A program made the translations under genes and the position numbers. Below the pieces are notes generated by a model. That model saw only the letters and a program-made list of their open reading frames with translations. It was not told the DNA's origin and did not search any database. Of a DNA stretch of 64,000 nucleotides, positions 28,571 to 35,884 are shown one piece after another. Source of the DNA: Thermoanaerobaculia bacterium (lineage in GTDB: Bacteria > Acidobacteriota > Thermoanaerobaculia > Gp7-AA8); contig JADGNZ010000012.1 in the NCBI GenBank assembly GCA_017883205.1, positions 8,151-72,150 of the forward strand, in the 5' to 3' direction. Each line of letters begins with the position of its first letter. Position 1 is the first letter of the stretch.

Positions 28571-29795
28571 GGATCACCTTTGCGCGCGGCCGGAGCAGCA
28601 GGAACAGTGTGAACGCGATGATCGCCGCTCCGGCGATCGAGAGGACGACCTCTCCCTGGAAATTGAACTGTAGGCCGAGGAGCACGACGACCGCGGTCAC
28701 GGCGATGTTCGCCAGTGCCAGCGGAATCATCCACTTCCACCCGAGGTCCATGAGCTGATCGAAGCGGAAGCGGGGGAACGTAGCTCGGAACCAGATGTAC
28801 ATCAGCATGAAGAGCATCACTTTGCTGATGAAGATCACGGCGCCGAGAATGCCGCCGGCCAGGCCCCAGCCGCGCAGAACGCCGGTCGTCAGGCCGTAGC
28901 CGTTGATGGCCAGCGTCCAACCGCCGAAGAAGAGGCTGACCATGAGGCAGCAGTTGACGATCATCGACGAGTATTCGGCGAGCATGAAGAAGGCGAACTT
29001 CATGGCCGAGTACTCGGTGTGATAGCCGGCCACGAGCTCGGACTCCGCTTCGGGCAAGTCGAACGGCGTGCGGTTGTTCTCCGCGTTCATGGCCACGAGG
29101 AAGATGAACGCGGCGATGAGCTGCGGGAAGAGATTCCAGATGTGATCCGCCTGGTAGTTGATGATGCGGACGAGATCGAAGCTGCCGCACAGCATCAGCA
29201 CGCCGACGATCGAGAGGCCGAAGGGCACTTCGTACGACACCATCTGCGCGGCCGAGCGCAGCCCGCCCATGAGCGAGTACTTGTTGTTCGACGCCCAGCC
29301 GCCGAGGATGATGCCGTAGACGCCGGTCGAGGTGAGCGCCAGGATCAGCAGCAGTCCGACGTTCACATGCGTCACGACGAAGGTTGGTGGCGGGCCGTAG
29401 GGGATGAGGCAGAAAACCAGAAACGCCGGGATCAGCGGCAGCATCGGCCCGAGGAAGTAGGCCACCTTCTCGGAGCTCGACGGAACGATGTCTTCCTTGA
29501 GGATGAACTTGATGGGGTCGGCGATGATCTGTAGCAGTCCGCCCGGAATGAAGCGGTGCAGACTGCGCGGCGTGATCTTCTCGAAGACTTCGTTGCCGAC
29601 GCGATTCGGTCCGAGCCGCGCCTGCATCAACCCGAGCAGGCGGCGCTCGATGTAGTTCATCGCCGCCACGATCACCTGCACGATGAGGAAGGCGACCAGG
29701 AACTTGACCAGCGGCCAGATGAGGTAGCGCATGAGGGGTTCAGGCATAGCGCGCACCTCCAAAAAAACCATGAACCACAGAGACACAGAGATCAC
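28545..29795 (-). CDS. nuoH: NADH-quinone oxidoreductase subunit H
   Basis: ND1 family. The start is ambiguous: GTG at 29795 or internal ATGs at 29771 and near 29748. Confidence 0.8.
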   Translation of the reverse strand: MISVSLWFMVFLEVRAMPEPLMRYLIWPLVKFLVAFLIVQVIVAAMNYIERRLLGLMQARLGPNRVGNEVFEKITPRSLHRFIPGGLLQIIADPIKFILKEDIVPSSSEKVAYFLGPMLPLIPAFLVFCLIPYGPPPTFVVTHVNVGLLLILALTSTGVYGIILGGWASNNKYSLMGGLRSAAQMVSYEVPFGLSIVGVLMLCGSFDLVRIINYQADHIWNLFPQLIAAFIFLVAMNAENNRTPFDLPEAESELVAGYHTEYSAMKFAFFMLAEYSSMIVNCCLMVSLFFGGWTLAINGYGLTTGVLRGWGLAGGILGAVIFISKVMLFMLMYIWFRATFPRFRFDQLMDLGWKWMIPLALANIAVTAVVVLLGLQFNFQGEVVLSIAGAAIIAFTLFLLLRPRAKVIHARRVSEA

Positions 29796-29850
29796 AGAGG
29801 TTCTCTGTGTGCTCTGTGTCTCTGTGGTGAAAAGCTTTTTGAATCACCGG
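29768..29850. repeat. palindromic repeat element, family C (CACAGAGACACAGAG ... CTCTGTGTCTCTGTGG)
   Basis: ccacagagacacagagatcacagaggttctctgtgtgctctgtgtctctgtggtgaaaagctttttgaatcacc. It sits in the 48-nt nuoD-nuoH gap and overlaps the nuoH start region. The same element with the same tail is at 47318-47400. Confidence 0.75.
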
Positions 29851-30959
29851 TCCACCTCGCCCAGAACAATATCAATCGTCCCGATCAACGCCACCAGATC
29901 CGAGACGAGGTGTCCCTTCGCCATCGCCGGCAGCGCTTGCAGATTCACGAACGATGGCGGACGCACGTGGCAGCGATACGCGTTCTGCGTTTTGCCGTCC
30001 GCGATGATGTAGTAGCCCAACTCGCCCTTCGGCGATTCGATCGAGTGATACACCTCGCCCTCGGGTGGCCTCACAACGCGCGAGATTTTCGCTTTGATGT
30101 CGCCCGCCGGCGTGGCCTTCACGAGCGGGATGCACTGCTTGAGTATCCAGTTCGACTGCCGCATCTCTTCCATCCGGACGAGGTAGCGGTCATACGTGTC
30201 GCCGTTCTTGCCGATGGGGATCTCGAACTGCAACTCGGGATAGCACTCGTACGGCTGCGCGCGGCGGAGATCCCATTCCACGCCCGATCCGCGCAACGGC
30301 GGGCCGGTGATGCCCCAGTCGATGGCCTCTTCCGGGGAGATGACGCCGATGCCAACGGTGCGCTTCTTCCAGATGCGATTGTTGGTCAGCAGCGATTCGT
30401 ATTCGTCGATCGCCGCATCGAACTTGTCGACGAATGCTTCCACGTCGTCGAGCCAGCCCGGCGGCAGATCCTCAGGCATCCCGCCGATTCGCATGCAATT
30501 CAGCGTCAATCGCGCGCCGCAGTACTCCTCGAAGAGATCGAGGATCTGCTCGCGCTCGCGGAAGCAATAGAAGAACGGTGTCATCGCGCCGATGTCGATG
30601 GCGTGCGTGGCCAGCCAGAGCAGATGCGAGGAGAGCCGCTGCAACTCGCTGAGCATGACCCGCATGAGCTGGGCGCGCTTCGGGATCTGCTTTGTGATAC
30701 CCATCAGCTTCTCGACCGTCTCGACGAAGCCGAGGTTGTTGGTGGCGGAGGCAACGTAATCCATGCGGTCCGTGTGCGGGATGCACATCGGATACGACAT
30801 GTTCTCGAAGAGCTTCTCGGTGCCGCGATGGAGATAACCGATGATCGGCTTGGCGTCGACGATCCGCTCGCCATCGATCTTCAGGATCACTCGAAGCACG
30901 CCGTGCGTCGACGGGTGCTGGGGACCGAAGTTGACTTCCATTTCGTGTACGTCAAACAT
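29844..30959 (-). CDS. nuoD: NADH-quinone oxidoreductase subunit D
   Basis: 49-kDa subunit, MFDVHEMEVNFGPQHPSTHGVLRV. Confidence 0.9.
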   Translation of the reverse strand: MFDVHEMEVNFGPQHPSTHGVLRVILKIDGERIVDAKPIIGYLHRGTEKLFENMSYPMCIPHTDRMDYVASATNNLGFVETVEKLMGITKQIPKRAQLMRVMLSELQRLSSHLLWLATHAIDIGAMTPFFYCFREREQILDLFEEYCGARLTLNCMRIGGMPEDLPPGWLDDVEAFVDKFDAAIDEYESLLTNNRIWKKRTVGIGVISPEEAIDWGITGPPLRGSGVEWDLRRAQPYECYPELQFEIPIGKNGDTYDRYLVRMEEMRQSNWILKQCIPLVKATPAGDIKAKISRVVRPPEGEVYHSIESPKGELGYYIIADGKTQNAYRCHVRPPSFVNLQALPAMAKGHLVSDLVALIGTIDIVLGEVDR

Positions 30960-30961
30960 GG

Positions 30962-31185
30962 CGGCCCCCCGGGTGTGGGGTGTGGGGTGTGGGGTGTGGA
31001 GACGGGTGTCGGGGGTCGGGGGTCGGGGGTCGGAGAGTCACAAGGGCCCTTCGCGCAGGTCTGAGTGACGACCGACGGGAATCCAGCAAGGTGACCGCGC
31101 ATCGCGCAACCGACAGCCGACGGCCGACAGCCACGCTTGGCGCAGCTCCGACACCCGACTCCCGACTCCCGACTCCCGCAAGATT
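30962..31185. repeat. GC-rich palindromic repeat element, family B (GGGTGTCGGGGGTCGGG ... CCCGACTCCCGAC)
   Basis: G-rich arm gggtgtggggtgtgg...gggtgtcgggggtcgggggtcgggggtcgg and C-rich arm ccgacacccgactcccgactcccgactccc. It fills the nuoC-nuoD intergenic region. Confidence 0.75.
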
Positions 31186-31187
31186 CA

Positions 31188-32192
31188 TCATGCCTTCCCC
31201 GCCATCAACTGCTTCAGCATCGATTCCGTCTCGTCTTCGCCGGGCACGCACAGCGTGATGTCCGTTGTTTCGCCTGACGCCAGTGCTGCCGCGTAGCCTT
31301 CGCAATCCCAGCCGCAGGCGGTGCAATCGGTTTGCGCCATCGCGGCGAAGAGCTTGTCTTTCAGGTTGCCGGCTCTCGCCAGTTCCATCCGCTCGGGCAG
31401 CGCTTTTTCCGGATCGTGCCACGGCGCTTCCTCGGTCGGCTTAGCCGTGTCGGCGACGACGCCGGCCAGTTCAGGCGCCGGCGGCATCCCGCCTTCCGCG
31501 GCGCGGGCCGCGATCTCCGCGACAGGCCAGGTGCCGTAGTGCGGCCAGTCGCCTTTGTAGATGTTGACGTCCTTCACATCCTTGCCGGTCGATCCCGCCT
31601 TTGGTCCGCCCCCTTCCGGAAAGACCTCGGGGTAGATGCGCGCGCCGGTGTCGATGCCGCGAATGGGAAAGTCTTTGCGCAGCGGATGACCGTTGAACCC
31701 ATCCCACATCAGGATGCGCTCGAGATTCGGGTGGCCCTCGAAGATGATGCCGAACATGTCGAACGTCTCGCGCTCGTGCCAGTTCGCGGTCTTCCATACC
31801 GAGGTGACGGAGGGGATGGGAGTGTTCTCGTCGGTCGTGACTTTCAGCCGGACGCGATTGTTCTTCGAGAACGAGTAGAGCATGTACGAGACGCCGAAGC
31901 GGTCACCGGTCCAGTTCGGATAACTCGAGTAGTCGACGCCGGCGAGGTCGACGAGATAGTTGAAGCCATCGTCGCGAAAGGCCTTGGCCACCTCGACGAT
32001 GCGCTCGCGGTCGACGGTCAGCGAGATCTCGCCGGCGAACTCTTTCGCGGAAATGATGGCATCGCCCGCGCGCTCGCAGGCGCGCGCAACGAGCGGATCG
32101 CGCTTGATCTCGTCGAGGCTGCGCGCCACCGGTTTCGCAGGAGCGGCCGGTTTAGGCGCAGTCGCAGATGGCTGTTGAGGAACGTCAGTCAT
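31188..32192 (-). CDS. nuoC: NADH-quinone oxidoreductase subunit C with low-complexity N-terminal extension and a four-Cys C-terminal extension
   Basis: The 30-kDa subunit core (NYLVDLAGVDY...WHERETFDMFGIIFEGHP). The extra C-terminal 100 aa contain DCTACGWDCEGY...TLCVPGE. Confidence 0.85.
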   Translation of the reverse strand: MTDVPQQPSATAPKPAAPAKPVARSLDEIKRDPLVARACERAGDAIISAKEFAGEISLTVDRERIVEVAKAFRDDGFNYLVDLAGVDYSSYPNWTGDRFGVSYMLYSFSKNNRVRLKVTTDENTPIPSVTSVWKTANWHERETFDMFGIIFEGHPNLERILMWDGFNGHPLRKDFPIRGIDTGARIYPEVFPEGGGPKAGSTGKDVKDVNIYKGDWPHYGTWPVAEIAARAAEGGMPPAPELAGVVADTAKPTEEAPWHDPEKALPERMELARAGNLKDKLFAAMAQTDCTACGWDCEGYAAALASGETTDITLCVPGEDETESMLKQLMAGKA

Positions 32193-32201
32193 GTCTGGGA
32201 A

Positions 32202-32945
32202 TCAGTTCTCGATCTCGTCGGCTTCGGGAGTCTCGCTGAGTGTAGTGGCGGGTTCGCTGGCGGAAGGTACGTCCGAAGCCGCCGGCGTGGCCACGGGCGC
32301 CGCAGCAGCCTTCGGTTTCTTCTCTTCGATCGGCGTCCGCTTGATGCCGGAGATCGGCGCCTGCTTCAATTGCGCCTTCGCCTGTTCCGCGCGCAACGCC
32401 GGCCCTTCGTGCACCGGGCGAATCGAATCGCGCACCGCCGCGCGCGCGAAGTCGTACGACTCGCCGCCTTTGCGGATGACGTGCATCTTCTCGATCTTCT
32501 TCTGCAGCTCCATCAGCCCCCAGATCAACGCCTCGGGGCGCGGCGGGCAACCGGGAATGTAGACGTCGACCGGGATGAGCCGGTCGACGCCCTGCGTGAC
32601 GGCGTACGTGTCATACGGACCACCGCACGTCGCGCAGGAGCCCATGGCGATCACCCATTTCGGATCGGGCATCTGATCCCAGAGGCGCCGGACGATCGGC
32701 GCCATCTTTTCGGTGACCGTGCCGGAGACGATCATCAGGTCGGCCTGGCGCGGCGTAGCGCGAAAGACTTCCGCGCCGAAGCGGGCCATGTCGTGGCGCG
32801 GATCGAGAACGGCCATCATCTCGATCGCGCAGCAAGCCAGCCCGAACTGCATCGGCCAAAGGGACGACTTGCGCGCCCAGTTGAAAAACTTGTCGACGGA
32901 GGTGGTGAGGACGTTTGGATCGAAGCGGTTTTCGATCAGACCCAT
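32202..32945 (-). CDS. nuoB: NADH-quinone oxidoreductase subunit B with Lys/Ala/Pro-rich C-terminal tail
   Basis: [10 protein letters not shown]...CATCGGPY...GCPPRPE (the N2 cluster ligands). The ATG at 32945 overlaps the nuoA 3' end by 10 nt. The track ORF to 33167 is an artefactual extension. Confidence 0.85.
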   Translation of the reverse strand: MGLIENRFDPNVLTTSVDKFFNWARKSSLWPMQFGLACCAIEMMAVLDPRHDMARFGAEVFRATPRQADLMIVSGTVTEKMAPIVRRLWDQMPDPKWVIAMGSCATCGGPYDTYAVTQGVDRLIPVDVYIPGCPPRPEALIWGLMELQKKIEKMHVIRKGGESYDFARAAVRDSIRPVHEGPALRAEQAKAQLKQAPISGIKRTPIEEKKPKAAAAPVATPAASDVPSASEPATTLSETPEADEIEN

Positions 32946-33295
32946 GAAAGAACCTTCCTCTTCCACGCGTAAACATACCCGACGATCAGGATCGCCAGGA
33001 ACACTGCCATCTCGATCGCGCCAAACCAGCCGAGCTGCTTGAATCGGATCGCCCAGGGGAAGAGGAAAACGGTCTCGACGTCGAAGACGATGAAGAGAAC
33101 GGCGATCAGGAAGTAGCGGACCGAGAAGCGGTGATCGATCGCCTCGGAGGTCGCCGGAATCCCGCATTCATATGGTTCCAGCTTGACCTTGCCGCCACCG
33201 GCGGCCCGGACGAGCGGCGTGATGATGAACAACGTCAATACCGGGAGCGAGATAACGATGAGAGCAGCCACCAGCAGTACTGAATAGTTCGCCAT
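32936..33295 (-). CDS. nuoA: NADH-quinone oxidoreductase subunit A
   Basis: ND3 family, 119 aa. Confidence 0.85.
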   Translation of the reverse strand: MANYSVLLVAALIVISLPVLTLFIITPLVRAAGGGKVKLEPYECGIPATSEAIDHRFSVRYFLIAVLFIVFDVETVFLFPWAIRFKQLGWFGAIEMAVFLAILIVGYVYAWKRKVLSWV

Positions 33296-33360
33296 TTTTT
33301 CCTGTCGAAAGCCCGCGGTATTGTAAACGGCGACTGACAGGAGTCAATCATTCGTTGAGC

Positions 33361-33480
33361 CGTGGGGAGTTGGGAGTAGGGTGTGGGGTGTGGGAGCGAG
33401 GAGAACCCGCACGATTGCTGGATCGGCGCACGCCGTGTGCTTCTCCTCCTACGCCCCACCCCCCACTCCCCACCCCCTTG
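33361..33480. repeat. GC-rich inverted-repeat element (GGGGTGTGGG arm ... CCCCACCCC arm), family A/B-like, without the GATC core
   Basis: gtggggagttgggagtagggtgtggggtgtgggagcgagg ... ccccaccccccactccccaccccc. It lies between the MidA-like gene stop and the nuoA start. Confidence 0.65.
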
Positions 33481-33482
33481 AC

Positions 33483-34754
33483 TCAGAACAATTTCGTCTG
33501 AAAACGCCAGCCGTCCTGGCCCATCCCGCGCTCCTGCACCAGGACGCGAATCTCGGCTCCGATCCCGTCAGGAAGAATGAGCCTCTTCGCGTCCTCGCGC
33601 GCATCGAGCAACGCGATTCCCTCCTCGGCGCTCCCGATCGCCGCCTCCCCGATCGGAGCAAGCAACGGATGCTCTGCCGCGCCTTGAGCGAGGAGAAACT
33701 TTGCCTGCATGTCGAAAAACAGCGTCGACAGACCTAGCGTCTCGCCGATGCGGATCAAGTCGTCAAAGTTGATGTGCGCCGTCAGATCCTGCTCACCCGG
33801 GTTGGCGAGCAGGTCGCGGCTGACGCGATGTCCGGAGTATGCCGCCGCCGTCCCGAAGCGCCGCATCCGTCCGCGAAAGAGCTTCGATTGCGGGAGACCA
33901 TAATCAAAGGTGACGATGAGCCCGCGCGGAACGAAACGGCAAAGCTCGTCGTAGAGCGCAGACCATTCCAGCGAAACATCGGCGAACTGTCCGGGCTCCA
34001 GCACGATGCCACGCTCGGCGAAGTACTCCTCGTACCGTCCCCCGGCTTCATGCTCGGTCCAATCGAGCGCGCCATCCCGTTCCGTCACCCATAGTTCGTG
34101 GAGATGTTCGTCCCGCTGCACGAGCCGGGCGAAGGGAAGCGCATCGAACAGCTCATTACTAATGATGAGACGCGCGTCCGCCGGCGGGATCTCGGCGAGC
34201 GAGGAAACATACGTGACACGCGGATCGGGCACGGCGCGGGCGAGGTTGCGGTCGAGACCGAAGAAGCGGGGGGTGGGGGGTGGGGGGTGGGGGGTGGGAG
34301 AGGGGGGTCTGGTCGTGCTTTGTGGCTGCCCACTACCCGAGGAGGAGGCCAATAGATCGGCTGATCGCTGATCTCCTGATCTCTGATCTCTCGTATCTCT
34401 GATCTCTGAATCTCTGATCTCTGCTTCTCCCCCCCCCCACCCCCCACTCCCCACCCCCCGCGCAAGCGCGCGAATCAGCCCGCCATCACCGCATCCGATG
34501 TCCACCACCTGAGACACCCCGTCTCCGGCGCGGCTCATGAATTCGTCGATCAGACTGCCAAGAACATCGGGAAACAGCGGGCTTAGCAGCGGCGAGGTGA
34601 TGAAATCGCCTTCTCTGCCGATCGGCGATCGAGGGCGCGCGTAGTAGCCAAACTCAGGGTGATACAGCGCCAGCTCGACGAAATCTCTGAATGGCAAGTC
34701 ACTACTACTCAGTGAGTTGCGTAACACATCGAGGAGTGATCGCTCTTCCGGCAT
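33483..34754 (-). CDS. MidA/NDUFAF7-family (DUF185) SAM-dependent methyltransferase carrying an in-frame repeat-element insertion
   Basis: HPEFGYYARPR...GDFITSPL...VVDIGCGDGGL...TFDYG are DUF185/MidA hallmarks. The ATG at 34754 (MPEERSLLDV) is the probable start. Residues of about 100 to 165 (GSGGWGGGEAEIRDSEIRDTRDQRS...PPSPTPHPPPPTP) are encoded by the family A repeat element at 34255-34452. Confidence 0.65.
   Translation of the reverse strand: MPEERSLLDVLRNSLSSSDLPFRDFVELALYHPEFGYYARPRSPIGREGDFITSPLLSPLFPDVLGSLIDEFMSRAGDGVSQVVDIGCGDGGLIRALARGVGSGGWGGGEAEIRDSEIRDTRDQRSGDQRSADLLASSSGSGQPQSTTRPPSPTPHPPPPTPRFFGLDRNLARAVPDPRVTYVSSLAEIPPADARLIISNELFDALPFARLVQRDEHLHELWVTERDGALDWTEHEAGGRYEEYFAERGIVLEPGQFADVSLEWSALYDELCRFVPRGLIVTFDYGLPQSKLFRGRMRRFGTAAAYSGHRVSRDLLANPGEQDLTAHINFDDLIRIGETLGLSTLFFDMQAKFLLAQGAAEHPLLAPIGEAAIGSAEEGIALLDAREDAKRLILPDGIGAEIRVLVQERGMGQDGWRFQTKLF
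34255..34452. mobile_element. family A palindromic element (G-rich arm, GATCTCTGATCTC tandem core, C-rich arm) inserted in-frame within a coding sequence
   Basis: ggggggtggggggtggggggtggg ... gatctcctgatctctgatctctcgtatctctgatctctgaatctctgatctctg ... ccccccccaccccccactccccaccccc. The same architecture occurs intergenically at 45833-46055. Confidence 0.7.
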
Positions 34755-34777
34755 TAACCCGAATCGTACACCGTGGC

Positions 34778-34878
34778 GGAAGGGGTCAGGTCGAACCGCA
34801 ACTGACGAAAGAGGGTCCCGGCTAATGCGACAGACGAATTTCGTCAGTTTCGGTTTCGACCTGACCCCTTCCGCCCAT
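34778..34878. repeat. long hairpin element, family F (GGGGTCAGGTCGAAAC stem)
   Basis: ggaaggggtcaggtcgaaccg ... cggtttcgacctgaccccttcc. It sits in the divergent gap between the MidA-like gene and ompA. A related hairpin is at 54338-54450. Confidence 0.7.
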
Positions 34879-34931
34879 GGCACCTCCGTTGCGATATCAG
34901 GGGCAACAACGAAGTATCCAGGGGAGGAACC

Positions 34932-35582
34932 ATGAAAAAGCTCATCTCAGCAACGCTAACAATGCTTCTGCTCGCTACTCCGATCTTCGCGCAGACCGTT
35001 GACGATCACGCAAAAGCCAAGAAGGGCGCGATCATCGGAGCGATTGCGGGCGCGCTCGCCGGAGGCGTCATCAGCAACAACCGCAACGGCCACAGCGGCC
35101 AGCGCGGAGCCATCGTCGGCACGCTCGCCGGGACGGCAGCGGGTGCGATCGTCGGAGCGATGATGGATAAGCAGGAACGCCAGCTTCGTCAGGTCAGCGG
35201 CGTCGCCGTAACCCGTACGGCAGACAACGAGTTGAAGGTCACCGTGAAAAACGACGTGCTCTTCGACTACAACTCGGCAGGCCTGCGTCCAGCATCGCGC
35301 GAATCGCTTCGCGAGATGGCGGATGTCTTCGAGCAGTATCCGGACACGACCATCGCCGTGCTGGGGTTCACCGACTCGACCGGCTCCGCGTCGTACAACG
35401 AGCGTCTTTCCGAGCGCCGGGCCGGGTCCGTCGCCGGCTACATCGAATCCCTCGGCGTGAGAGGTTCGCGCATCGACACGATCGGCTACGGCGAATCGTA
35501 CCCGAGGGCAACGAATGACACGCCCACCGGCCGCCAGCTCAACCGCCGCGTGGAGATCCGCATCCGGGCCAATCAAGCCTAG
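34932..35582 (+). CDS. OmpA-family protein with N-terminal glycine-zipper
   Basis: Signal peptide and a Gly-zipper (GAIIGAIAGALAGG). The C-terminal OmpA domain shows NERLSERRAGSV...RRVEI. Confidence 0.8.
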   Translation: MKKLISATLTMLLLATPIFAQTVDDHAKAKKGAIIGAIAGALAGGVISNNRNGHSGQRGAIVGTLAGTAAGAIVGAMMDKQERQLRQVSGVAVTRTADNELKVTVKNDVLFDYNSAGLRPASRESLREMADVFEQYPDTTIAVLGFTDSTGSASYNERLSERRAGSVAGYIESLGVRGSRIDTIGYGESYPRATNDTPTGRQLNRRVEIRIRANQA

Positions 35583-35601
35583 ATTTTCATCGTCAAACCG
35601 A

Positions 35602-35632
35602 GAGGGCGCTTCGCAAGGGCGCCCTTTTTCGT
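35602..35632 (+). terminator. Rho-independent terminator after ompA-like gene
   Basis: agggcgc-ttcgcaa-gggcgccc followed by tttttcgttt. Confidence 0.7.
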
Positions 35633-35884
35633 TTGAGGAGGAGTGCGATCGCCTGGTCTAGTTTGAAGGGGAGTTGTAACAAGGCGCGGGTTGGCTACCA
35701 CGGCTACCAGCTTCGTTAACCTATTGACACATAGGTACTTAGCTCTCACACTTTACACACTTACGCCGCCACTTCACTCCCGTTCCCCGAGATCCTGTCC
35801 AACGCGGCAGGCGACCCAGACCCAGACCGGCAGTAACCCGCCATGACCTGCAAAGGTGTTAGAAAATGACGGCCAACTAGCCAC

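Noticed and set aside
32946-33167. Upstream 74 codons of track ORF 32202..33167 (NuoB).
   Set aside because: This region is the nuoA gene in another frame. NuoB homology starts at the ATG at 32945.
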